Source: a virus (Duplodnaviria; Caudoviricetes). Taken from it: a DNA stretch of 26,362 nt. Positions within the stretch are counted from its first letter, which is position 1; the number at the start of each line of letters is the position of its first letter. The stretch is taken from positions 1 through 26,362 of IMG/VR virus record IMGVR_UViG_3300044670_000556; one strand, 5' to 3'. The position numbers and the translations under genes were made by a program. Below the pieces are notes generated by a model. The model did not search any database and was not told the DNA's origin. It saw nothing but the letters and a program-made list of their open reading frames with translations. This document shows, piece after piece, positions 16,379-24,155 of this stretch.

Positions 16379-16992
16379 CAGGCGACACCATGCGTGACCT
16401 TGCGGAACGGCATAAGCATTGACTGAATATCAGGATCAATGCGAGCCACCCGCACCGCACCCATATCCCCAAACCCGGCGACGCCAAGCGCAGACGAATA
16501 ACGCTGATACTGCCGCAGGCTCGCGAGGATTGTTGCTTGCTTCACCGCAGCCGGAACAGCGGTAGCGAATCCGAACACTCCCGTGATCTTCACGCCGGTT
16601 TCGTTGGCGACCACATCCACGGGGAACAAGTAATCACCGACGGCACGTAGCCGCGTGATCGGGAAATCAAGACCAGCGTTCGTGCGGTTCAACGGCTCAA
16701 GTTGGTAATCCGTCGCGGTCCATGTTTCATCGTAGATGCCGTCAAGACCGGCGGACGTTTCTACTGTGATCGCGGTTCCGGCGATATCGTCAACGTCCAC
16801 GAAGTAAGCATTGGTGGCCGCGAAGTACCGTGTCTCAGTTCCGTTGGTGTAGAACCGGCGTTCGCAGTAACCGTCAATCATGCGGGACGACGACTCAATG
16901 GCGGTTTCCAGCAACTCATCGTCAACGTTGTCCGTGATCCGCGCTGCGGCTTTCACCTGACTTAGAGTCGCATAGCCGTTAGTGATCGCCAT
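16378..16992 (-). CDS. Head-to-tail adaptor
   Basis: NGYATLSQVK...DDELLETAIESSSRMIDGYCERRF...VPAAVKQAT...DPDIQSMLMPFR. Confidence 0.88.
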   Translation of the reverse strand: MAITNGYATLSQVKAAARITDNVDDELLETAIESSSRMIDGYCERRFYTNGTETRYFAATNAYFVDVDDIAGTAITVETSAGLDGIYDETWTATDYQLEPLNRTNAGLDFPITRLRAVGDYLFPVDVVANETGVKITGVFGFATAVPAAVKQATILASLRQYQRYSSALGVAGFGDMGAVRVARIDPDIQSMLMPFRKVTHGVA

Positions 16993-17110
16993 GTGCGTCC
17001 CGCTTTCCGTAATAAAGATCCGTTATCTCATGCACGGCTTGCCGTATGTTGTCGTCCGAAATGTCACCACGCCGGATCATGTTGTCCACGGCGCGTTCAA
17101 TCTCCCGCAT
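16979..17110 (-). CDS. Possible 43-aa hypothetical protein
   Basis: MREIERAVDNMIRRGDISDDNIRQAVHEITDLYYGKRDAHGDH fills the gap, but there is no clear SD. Confidence 0.4.
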   Translation of the reverse strand: MREIERAVDNMIRRGDISDDNIRQAVHEITDLYYGKRDAHGDH

Positions 17111-17120
17111 CACAATGTCA

Positions 17121-17777
17121 TCAGTTGATATGCAGGCTGCCGCTGCGGTACTTGTGTCCCTCCAACGTGGGAGTGACCCACGGATTGATGCTATGCACGC
17201 TGACACCGAGCGACCGAAGTTTTCCCGCCATAGATTCAAGTGCGTTCCTCCACACATCGAAATGCAACAAACCGTCAGGGTGTTCATAGTCCGTGACCCG
17301 TGACGCGCCGTCGAACTCTCCGCAATCCGCGCCAACCATGACGATATGCGCAGCACCCATATACGCCGCAAGGTGCATAGTCATGTGCACACTAGACGGA
17401 CCAACAATCAACGTATCCGGATCCTCAGGCCAATGATCAAACGGATTGAAAGCCGCATAGCGTTGATCAATCGTCGGACACTTGATCACGTTCGGTTCAC
17501 GCGCCGGATGCGCACTCCTGTCCTCCGACGGTAACTGTTCAACCTCTGTCGTAAACACCGTCAAATCTGGACGCATCTGCGCTATCTGATCCGCATCATT
17601 GTGGTGATGGGACACCGAATAGAACCGTTGTAGTCCTTTGCTCACTCCGGAAAAATTGACGCACACGCATAACTTGTCGTCAAAGAAACTTGCGTCAATG
17701 TGGTTCAGGCTAGAACCGGATCCGATGACCCACGCCGTTTCACCGGCATGAATCCCACGATAGTCCGTCAATCCCAT
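17121..17777 (-). CDS. Maf/DUF115 (MptE-like) or GT42-like putative glycosyltransferase
   Basis: GETAWVIGSGSSL N-terminal motif and LAAYMGAAHIVMVGADC motif. Confidence 0.7.
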   Translation of the reverse strand: MGLTDYRGIHAGETAWVIGSGSSLNHIDASFFDDKLCVCVNFSGVSKGLQRFYSVSHHHNDADQIAQMRPDLTVFTTEVEQLPSEDRSAHPAREPNVIKCPTIDQRYAAFNPFDHWPEDPDTLIVGPSSVHMTMHLAAYMGAAHIVMVGADCGEFDGASRVTDYEHPDGLLHFDVWRNALESMAGKLRSLGVSVHSINPWVTPTLEGHKYRSGSLHIN

Positions 17778-18445
17778 GACAGGTTCCGTCTGCGTCGCAG
17801 GGAATAACCACCGTCCCCGAACTCTTGCATACTGTGTTTGCGTTGCACGTATCGCCGGTTATCTTCGAACGTTTCCGCGTTGCGCCGGTCGTAGCCGTGT
17901 TTCAGGGTGGAACTGTTGTCGTGATGCACTGATATATCAGTGAACATTACCGGTACGCCGAACTCCCGACACCGGGTCATATAGTCATCATCCTCGTAAT
18001 ACGCGGGGTGGATCTTCTCATCAAACAACCCGACACGCTCTACAACGGACGCAGGCAGGCCAAACGCGCACCACGGAGGCGCACCACCCGATAGGGACAA
18101 AACCCCGTCAGTGACCGTCTCAGCGAATCTTTGAAGGCTTCCCGCAGGGAAGTGCGCATCAAAGTTAGCGATGAGCCACCAATCACTAAGCGCAGTCGCC
18201 TTGATACCAAGATTCCACGAACCAGCCACACCAAGATTATTCGGAATCGGTATCACCGTAATACCACTCACGACACTAGACGCAGAATCACGCAACTTCA
18301 CCGCATCCACGCACATGCCGTTGTCCACGACCACAAGCCGCTTCACCGGGAAATCAATAGACCCGGCCATGCGATACAGTAAATCCGGACCCGCAAGAAT
18401 CGGCACAATCATCACGGGTATAGAACCCGCATCATTACTGATCAT
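17768..18445 (-). CDS. Glycosyltransferase, GT2-like (GT-A fold)
   Basis: LVVVDNG, NLGVAGSWNLGI, LIANFD, VGLFDE..PAYYEDDDY. Confidence 0.9.
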   Translation of the reverse strand: MISNDAGSIPVMIVPILAGPDLLYRMAGSIDFPVKRLVVVDNGMCVDAVKLRDSASSVVSGITVIPIPNNLGVAGSWNLGIKATALSDWWLIANFDAHFPAGSLQRFAETVTDGVLSLSGGAPPWCAFGLPASVVERVGLFDEKIHPAYYEDDDYMTRCREFGVPVMFTDISVHHDNSSTLKHGYDRRNAETFEDNRRYVQRKHSMQEFGDGGYSLRRRRNLSWD

Positions 18446-18452
18446 ACCGGCA

Positions 18453-19664
18453 TCACGGCAAATCTTCTAGCAACGGTCGCCACATATCCGCATACACTTT
18501 GTCCGCGTCGTAATTATCGACAATGAACTTACGTGCCTGCGGTGACTTCTCACCCTTGCGTTCGTACGCCTGCTCAAGAGCATTCACAATATCTTCCACG
18601 GCAGGAGTGTTGAACCACGCGTTCTGCGACGCATCCCACAATGGTTGACCGCGTACCTTCCATCCGTCACCGACCAACTCCGGTTGCGCGGAAAAGTCAT
18701 TCACAATCACGGGTGTCTCGCACGCCTGCGCATCCGCAACCGTAATACCGAATCCCTCACCAAGCGTCGGAGCGAGCAACACATCCATACCCGTATAGAT
18801 CGCGGCCAACACTTCATCACTCATGCCAATGCGGTTCTGATACTGATTCACGAACTTCACCCGCGAATCATCCAACCCGCACGCCTTGATCAACGGATCC
18901 AGCGGAATACCACCCATGCCACCGAAACGCTCCGTGTGCATATACAACACCGCGTCATCGTGGCGTTCCGCGAAAATGGAGAACGCAAGCAACTGTTCCC
19001 CGAACGCCTTACGCACCGGAGCCGTTCCCTTGTTCGCGTTCACAATCCCAACCACGAACTGATCCGAATCCACCTGCATCAGTTCCCGACCCGTACGCGT
19101 GTTCCCCACATCGTCAGACACCTGAGGTGTTGGTTTCATGATTGACGTTTCAATGCCATGCGGAATGTAGTCGTGGTCAATGCCAAGCCGCTGCATCAAA
19201 CCCGCGCCGTACTTACTCATAGCCACGGGACGCACATTCGGTTTACTGATGAACGCCGCCACCTTGTCAGGGATCGGCATGTGATCAACCGGAACCCACG
19301 ACACGGTAGACATCTCATCCCAACGCGGATGCGTGAACACCCAAACATCGTAGAGGGTGAAAACCGTGTGCCGGTGATCTGGATGCTGCTTCGACCAATC
19401 CACGAAATACGGGTGAACCATATCGTTGGAATACGGGTCGAATCCGCGAGGGAAATGCTCAATGCCTTCCCACGCGCTCATCGTTGCCTCAAGACCATAG
19501 TTCGCCGCGACCGCGACGGGATGACCGTCTTTAATCATGCGGGACACGACTTGCTTTGTTTGCGTTCCGTATCCCGTTTGCGACCATGCTGCGTTGCTCA
19601 CCCACAAGCCTGCGATAGGTGCAACACCGTTGCGGTTTCTACGCCGCTTCTCTGAGCGGTTCAT
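18453..19664 (-). CDS. Glycosyltransferase, GT4-like (GT-B fold)
   Basis: TGYGTQ N-terminal loop, IPHGIE, RK motif, EGFGITVADAQACETPVI (E-x7-D). SD GGAGG. Confidence 0.92.
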   Translation of the reverse strand: MNRSEKRRRNRNGVAPIAGLWVSNAAWSQTGYGTQTKQVVSRMIKDGHPVAVAANYGLEATMSAWEGIEHFPRGFDPYSNDMVHPYFVDWSKQHPDHRHTVFTLYDVWVFTHPRWDEMSTVSWVPVDHMPIPDKVAAFISKPNVRPVAMSKYGAGLMQRLGIDHDYIPHGIETSIMKPTPQVSDDVGNTRTGRELMQVDSDQFVVGIVNANKGTAPVRKAFGEQLLAFSIFAERHDDAVLYMHTERFGGMGGIPLDPLIKACGLDDSRVKFVNQYQNRIGMSDEVLAAIYTGMDVLLAPTLGEGFGITVADAQACETPVIVNDFSAQPELVGDGWKVRGQPLWDASQNAWFNTPAVEDIVNALEQAYERKGEKSPQARKFIVDNYDADKVYADMWRPLLEDLP

Positions 19665-19678
19665 TAGGTTCCTCCGTT

Positions 19679-19731
19679 GGCAGGTTTAGGCAGGAGGGAG
19701 GGTAGCCGGTCCTGCCTCCGACTACCCTCCC
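19679..19731 (-). promoter_or_regulatory. Post-capsid hairpin with loop complementary to downstream sequence
   Basis: 14-bp stem 19696-19731, loop AGGCAGGA, followed by TCCTGCCT-AAA-CCTGCC and the next RBS. No U-tract. Confidence 0.7.
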
Positions 19732-19748
19732 GGTCACGCTAGAGGTTA

Positions 19749-20933
19749 CTAGGACGCGTTGCCAATGAAATACTTCACGGCCTCAGACTGTCCAAGGTCA
19801 CCCCAAATCCGCATGGTCACACGGAAACCAACTTCGTCAGATGCGAAGTAGGCATCATCAGAGCGAGCGACCTCAATGCCGCCGACCTGACGAACGTGGT
19901 ACGAACCATGCCAACCGAACAGAGCCGACTTAGCACCGGTAGCGATTGCGGGAACATCGGGGTTCTCAACAATCGGGTAACCAGCAAAGGTGTCGGGAGT
20001 TCCAACGGTTGCCGCAGGCATGTAGAGGTACTGACCTGCGTTGTCCTTCAACTTGCGCAGCGAACCCATGGAAGCGCGACGCATCATGTACGCACCACCA
20101 AGGCGGACGTATGCACCGTCAACAGCGTGCGCGAGGTCAATCAGGTTGTCAGCGGTGAACGCGCCGGACACGCCGGTTCCACCGGTGATACCCGAACCCG
20201 CAGCCGTAACCACACCGTTAGCCTCAACGGTTCCCGTTCCGACGGTAAGCAGGTTGTTCACCTTCACACCTACCGAAGTGCCGAGGGTGCGTCCAAGGTA
20301 GGACACAACATCGATACCGGAATCGGTGAGCAGTTCGCGGCTAACCTTGGTCAGCACTGCAACCTTCTGCGACTTCAAGGTGATGCTGCTGAACGTCGGA
20401 TCCAGCGGAGTGATCGACGTAGCCTCATTAATAGCGGTAGCAGCCGGACGAGTTGACTCAACCGGAACCTTGATGTCCTCACCCGAAGCGGTGTTCAGGA
20501 GAGTGACGATCCCGCCGTCCAGCATCGGACCAACGGTGACCAACTTCTCCTGAATGACATCGTAGAACGATTGCGGCACGATAGCCGAATCGTCGGAGGT
20601 GTTCAGGTCGCGACGCTCGAACGTGTATGAACGAATGTCACCTGCGACCAGAGCGCGGACCATATCAAAATCCGATTCGGTGCGAACCTTCGCAGCCTCA
20701 CGAACCTCAGGTGCGTCAACGAGCGACGCTTCAATGTCCTTGGCGCGAGCCTCTGCGGATTGCAGATCCTCAATGCGCTGCGTACGTGCATCAATATCAG
20801 CGTTGATGCGGTCATACTGCTCTTGTTCCTCAGCGGTAAGGTCACGCGCCTCAGCCGCCGCAGAATCAAGCAGAGTCTTGGCTGCGTGCCACGCCTGCTG
20901 GCGAGCCTCAACCTGACGCTTCAAATACTCCAT
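19749..20933 (-). CDS. Major capsid protein (HK97 fold, N-terminal delta/scaffold domain)
   Basis: ATG 20933 with SD GAGAGGT. Coiled-coil N-terminal about 108 aa ending FERR, then VSRELLTDS and LRKLKDNAGQYLY. Confidence 0.95.
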   Translation of the reverse strand: MEYLKRQVEARQQAWHAAKTLLDSAAAEARDLTAEEQEQYDRINADIDARTQRIEDLQSAEARAKDIEASLVDAPEVREAAKVRTESDFDMVRALVAGDIRSYTFERRDLNTSDDSAIVPQSFYDVIQEKLVTVGPMLDGGIVTLLNTASGEDIKVPVESTRPAATAINEATSITPLDPTFSSITLKSQKVAVLTKVSRELLTDSGIDVVSYLGRTLGTSVGVKVNNLLTVGTGTVEANGVVTAAGSGITGGTGVSGAFTADNLIDLAHAVDGAYVRLGGAYMMRRASMGSLRKLKDNAGQYLYMPAATVGTPDTFAGYPIVENPDVPAIATGAKSALFGWHGSYHVRQVGGIEVARSDDAYFASDEVGFRVTMRIWGDLGQSEAVKYFIGNAS

Positions 20934-20977
20934 GATTGGAATACCTCTCTTGATAGTTGTTTTGTTTACTTGCAAAC

Positions 20978-21026
20978 CCGCAGCGGCTCCGCGTGCGGCA
21001 TCGTCCTACGGCTCCGTAGTGACGAC
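20978..21026 (-). promoter_or_regulatory. Twin bulged hairpins with identical CG-GAGC-CG apices in the capsid leader
   Basis: GTCGTC-A-CTACG-GAGC-CGTAG-GACGAT and CCGCA-C-GCG-GAGC-CGC-TGCGG. Confidence 0.75.
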
Positions 21027-21029
21027 AAT

Positions 21030-22865
21030 CTAGAAAGCCTTAGAAAGCAAATCCATTTGCTTTTGCAACACGGACAACGGAACAGTTGGTTCCGGGTCCG
21101 AATCTTTGCCGGTCATGCGATCCACGACCGTGCGCAGGATGTTCGCCTGATCGTCGTCAAGTTCACCAGCCTGCAACGCGTTCATAGCGTCCGCGAGAAC
21201 GTCCGCATCCATTTCGGTGCGGTGCGCAATCACCTTCAAGTTACGGACACTAGCAGTCGTCGTGGGATACGCCGGGACACCAGATACCACAGAGACTTCA
21301 TGCAACCGCACTTCGTTCAGGGTGCGCTCGTTGCCGTCCTGCGACCATTCATCAGCGACAGTAGAGAAACCAAAAGACATACCCGTAATGTCACCCCGGC
21401 GAATGTGATACGCGGTCGAACGTCCAAGTTCCGTATCCGGAAGATCAATCTCCACATAACCGCCGTCCGCACGATCCTCAATGCGGAGAGTCTTAGCGCG
21501 AGTCGAACCCAATAACATTTCATCATTGTGGTTGTAGTAGGCACGGATATCGTTGCGTGACTTCAACGTGCGAGTGAACGCACCCGCCGCAATTCGCTCC
21601 GTAAACGGCAACGGCAACGAAGGCTCATTGTAACGCCACGCATACCCACCAAACGACATACCGTTAGACGACTCATCCACCGCACGCAACTCCGTGTCAA
21701 GGGTGCGGATCTCTGTGTGCTGCATCTCTGTCCTTTCGTCACGGATGCGTTCAACTTCACGTTCCAACCAACGCCGCGCCGGACCGGGATCCAGCGGGTC
21801 AATACCCCACAAGTAATGCGCCACTGCACCTGCACCCGGCCACTCAGGGTGTTCAGGATCACTGTTCTTCGGTGCATCCAAATCAACCGCGTGCCGCGCA
21901 CCCCACGCGTTAGCACGGACAACCTTGTCATCCGACATTTCACCACGAGCCATAGCGCGAGCCTCGCGAAGTGTTCCTTCTGTCAACCCGTCACCGCCAT
22001 AACCCTCACGGTTCAACTCAAGACCACGTTCCGCCGCGTCACGAATGTATTGCGGAATGTTCTCCGCACGATCCTCCGACGGAGGCTGCAAAGGATCAAT
22101 CTTCGTCAGGGTACTGAACCGGTGACCCACCAACGTTTCCGTTGGTAAAAACCCATCACCCGACGCGGTAAAAATACGAATCAAGGCAGCAGGGTCATCC
22201 TCGCTCGCGTTGATACTGAACTCACTATCAGGAATGCCTAGCGTGCCTTCCGTCATAATGTGTTCGATCTGGCCGCGAGCCATGCCACCCGACGAATCCC
22301 ATTCCACGAAATCGCTTTCAGAAAGTTCACCCGGTTCCGCACGCTGCTCAAAATCGCCGGGATCAATCACCGTCAAACCAAGATCAGAATAGGCGGCACG
22401 CGCCGCACCATCATTCTCAAACACATGCGTAATACGGTAAGTCTCCGCAATGCGTTCCGCTTCACCCGCCTTGAAACTCACCTGATCAACGGACTCATCC
22501 GGACGCATCAACAACATAAACGAACGCAAACCCGCATTACTCAACGTAGTCATAGTCGTGCCGCGTTGCCGTTCCTCACGACCCGTGATCACAAACAAGT
22601 CACCCGGCAAGCCATTGATGTAATCAATCACATCACGAATCGGACGCGTACCACGCTCAATGATCGTTCCATCAATGTCCGTGATAACAGCGGTGACAGC
22701 GTTCGTGACACGCTCGCCACCCGGCTCCATATCCTCCGCAATACTCAACGCAACCATCTGATCAATGGCGGATTGCTTCGTATCATGGCACGCCACAACT
22801 TCGCCGTCCTCTTTTACGACAGCCCACGCGGGACACTCAGACTGATCAGTTATGAAATACGGCAT
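21030..22865 (-). CDS. Multidomain prohead protease: small N-domain, HAD phosphatase, beta-rich domain, helical domain, HK97-type protease
   Basis: Protease motifs FGGYA..YN, FTERIAAGAF, YNH (H446), GMSFGF (S497), LHEVSVV..PAYP. HAD motifs DIDGT (63-67), TGR, K132, END. Confidence 0.9.
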   Translation of the reverse strand: MPYFITDQSECPAWAVVKEDGEVVACHDTKQSAIDQMVALSIAEDMEPGGERVTNAVTAVITDIDGTIIERGTRPIRDVIDYINGLPGDLFVITGREERQRGTTMTTLSNAGLRSFMLLMRPDESVDQVSFKAGEAERIAETYRITHVFENDGAARAAYSDLGLTVIDPGDFEQRAEPGELSESDFVEWDSSGGMARGQIEHIMTEGTLGIPDSEFSINASEDDPAALIRIFTASGDGFLPTETLVGHRFSTLTKIDPLQPPSEDRAENIPQYIRDAAERGLELNREGYGGDGLTEGTLREARAMARGEMSDDKVVRANAWGARHAVDLDAPKNSDPEHPEWPGAGAVAHYLWGIDPLDPGPARRWLEREVERIRDERTEMQHTEIRTLDTELRAVDESSNGMSFGGYAWRYNEPSLPLPFTERIAAGAFTRTLKSRNDIRAYYNHNDEMLLGSTRAKTLRIEDRADGGYVEIDLPDTELGRSTAYHIRRGDITGMSFGFSTVADEWSQDGNERTLNEVRLHEVSVVSGVPAYPTTTASVRNLKVIAHRTEMDADVLADAMNALQAGELDDDQANILRTVVDRMTGKDSDPEPTVPLSVLQKQMDLLSKAF

Positions 22866-22867
22866 AT

Positions 22868-23134
22868 CTACACCAATGTTTGACGCAGGAACGAAATAAC
22901 ATGCGCACCACTCGCGCTGATCGCATACAACGACTCATTAGGTGCTAGATCAATTTGGATCGTTTCCTCTTTCAACAACTGCAACCCACTTGTTGTTGAA
23001 ACGGTAGATCCTCCGAGATAAAGCACTTTGGTGTTGTCATTGTTGTGAATTGTTAGCCGTGTCCATTGGACACTATTTCCATCAATTTGAATGGGTGCAA
23101 CTGCGCCAACCGTGACTTGACCGCTAGTTATCAT
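22868..23134 (-). CDS. Small beta-rich virion accessory protein
   Basis: ATG 23134 (TGATG overlap). LTIHNND...LYLGGSTVSTTSGLQL...LAPNESLYAIS. Confidence 0.7.
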   Translation of the reverse strand: MITSGQVTVGAVAPIQIDGNSVQWTRLTIHNNDNTKVLYLGGSTVSTTSGLQLLKEETIQIDLAPNESLYAISASGAHVISFLRQTLV

Positions 23135-23796
23135 CAGTCCACCAACCACATAAGTAATTCTTCCTCTGCCTGCCGTCGTTGCTTACGGCTATTCGGCGCG
23201 GCTATAAATACCGGCAACACGATATGCGCAAAACCCGTGAGAACGTTTTGTGTTTGTTGCGTCCCGCCAACGGATCCCGTGTACGCAACCGCGCCGGTTA
23301 CTGTGCCGCGTGACCGGTTGCGGCCGTACCGTGTGCGACCGTTGCGGACAATTTTCGGTGCAGGCCAATACCACCAGCGTGCGCCACCGGACTCCGTAGG
23401 TTGCGGAGCAGGGGGAGTCGGGGGAGTTGGTTTCGTTCCCGTCACGGAACCAGCCGAAACCCCTGAACCGGTCACAGAGCCACTAAGACCCGGCGCACCC
23501 GTAACCGCACCGGTCGTGACCGTTGTGCCGTCCACGACCGCGACAACCGCTATACGACCCGTTACAGACCCGGCAGACGTAGCAAACCCGGTAACTGTGC
23601 CGGTGTTGTTCTCCCGACCCGTCACCGAACCCGACGAGGATTGCGTGCCAGACGCGGAACCCTCAAGACCGACCGAACCGGAAACGGAACCCGCGCTAGT
23701 TACAGAACCAACAACAAACCCGGTCCCGAAACCACCAAGCGCATTCGAATCCAGAACACCCAAAGACTCCGAATCAAGGGTGAACAGACCCGCCAC
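23134..23796 (-). CDS. Ser/Thr/Gly-rich repetitive fibre-like protein
   Basis: 10-aa period x5-G[STA]VTG repeats, Pro-rich linker, C-terminal RRQAEEELLMWL. Confidence 0.7.
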   Translation of the reverse strand: MAGLFTLDSESLGVLDSNALGGFGTGFVVGSVTSAGSVSGSVGLEGSASGTQSSSGSVTGRENNTGTVTGFATSAGSVTGRIAVVAVVDGTTVTTGAVTGAPGLSGSVTGSGVSAGSVTGTKPTPPTPPAPQPTESGGARWWYWPAPKIVRNGRTRYGRNRSRGTVTGAVAYTGSVGGTQQTQNVLTGFAHIVLPVFIAAPNSRKQRRQAEEELLMWLVD

Positions 23797-23798
23797 AA

Positions 23799-24155
23799 CT
23801 AACTCACAGACTCAGACAAGTTCCCTGAACTAATCGTGTACGTGCCGTCCGTGGCGTACGTCTGCTCCGTGTCCAAAGCGCGAGAACCATAGAACGTCCC
23901 ACCTGACACCGCAGACCAATAACCAAGATGCGTGATCGTCGTAGAACCGGGAACATCAAACACAATATCCGCATCCGACGTAGCCGTGCCGCTAGATGCC
24001 GCACCCCACGAAATAGATTCACGCGTGTACGAACCACCCGTGACCTCGCTTGTTCCACCCGTGGAAGGGTCAGCCGTGTGCAAACTCGCATAAACCGCAA
24101 CCGCAGTAAGACCGGAAACCTGAGCGTTCAAACCCGCCGCAACTAGACCCGCCAT
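23799..24155 (-). CDS. Virion structural protein (LHTADP-motif family)
   Basis: YASLHTADP...EVTGGSYTRESISW...TITHLGYWSA..GGTFYG. TAATG overlap with portal. Confidence 0.75.
   Translation of the reverse strand: MAGLVAAGLNAQVSGLTAVAVYASLHTADPSTGGTSEVTGGSYTRESISWGAASSGTATSDADIVFDVPGSTTITHLGYWSAVSGGTFYGSRALDTEQTYATDGTYTISSGNLSESVS

Noticed and set aside
16979-17371. 130-aa ORF as given in the track
   Set aside because: Its first two thirds overlap the Maf-like gene out of frame. Only the last 43 codons are plausible.
19696-19731. Canonical intrinsic terminator after the capsid gene
   Set aside because: No U-tract follows the stem. Kept as a regulatory hairpin, although U-less termination in Actinobacteria cannot be excluded.
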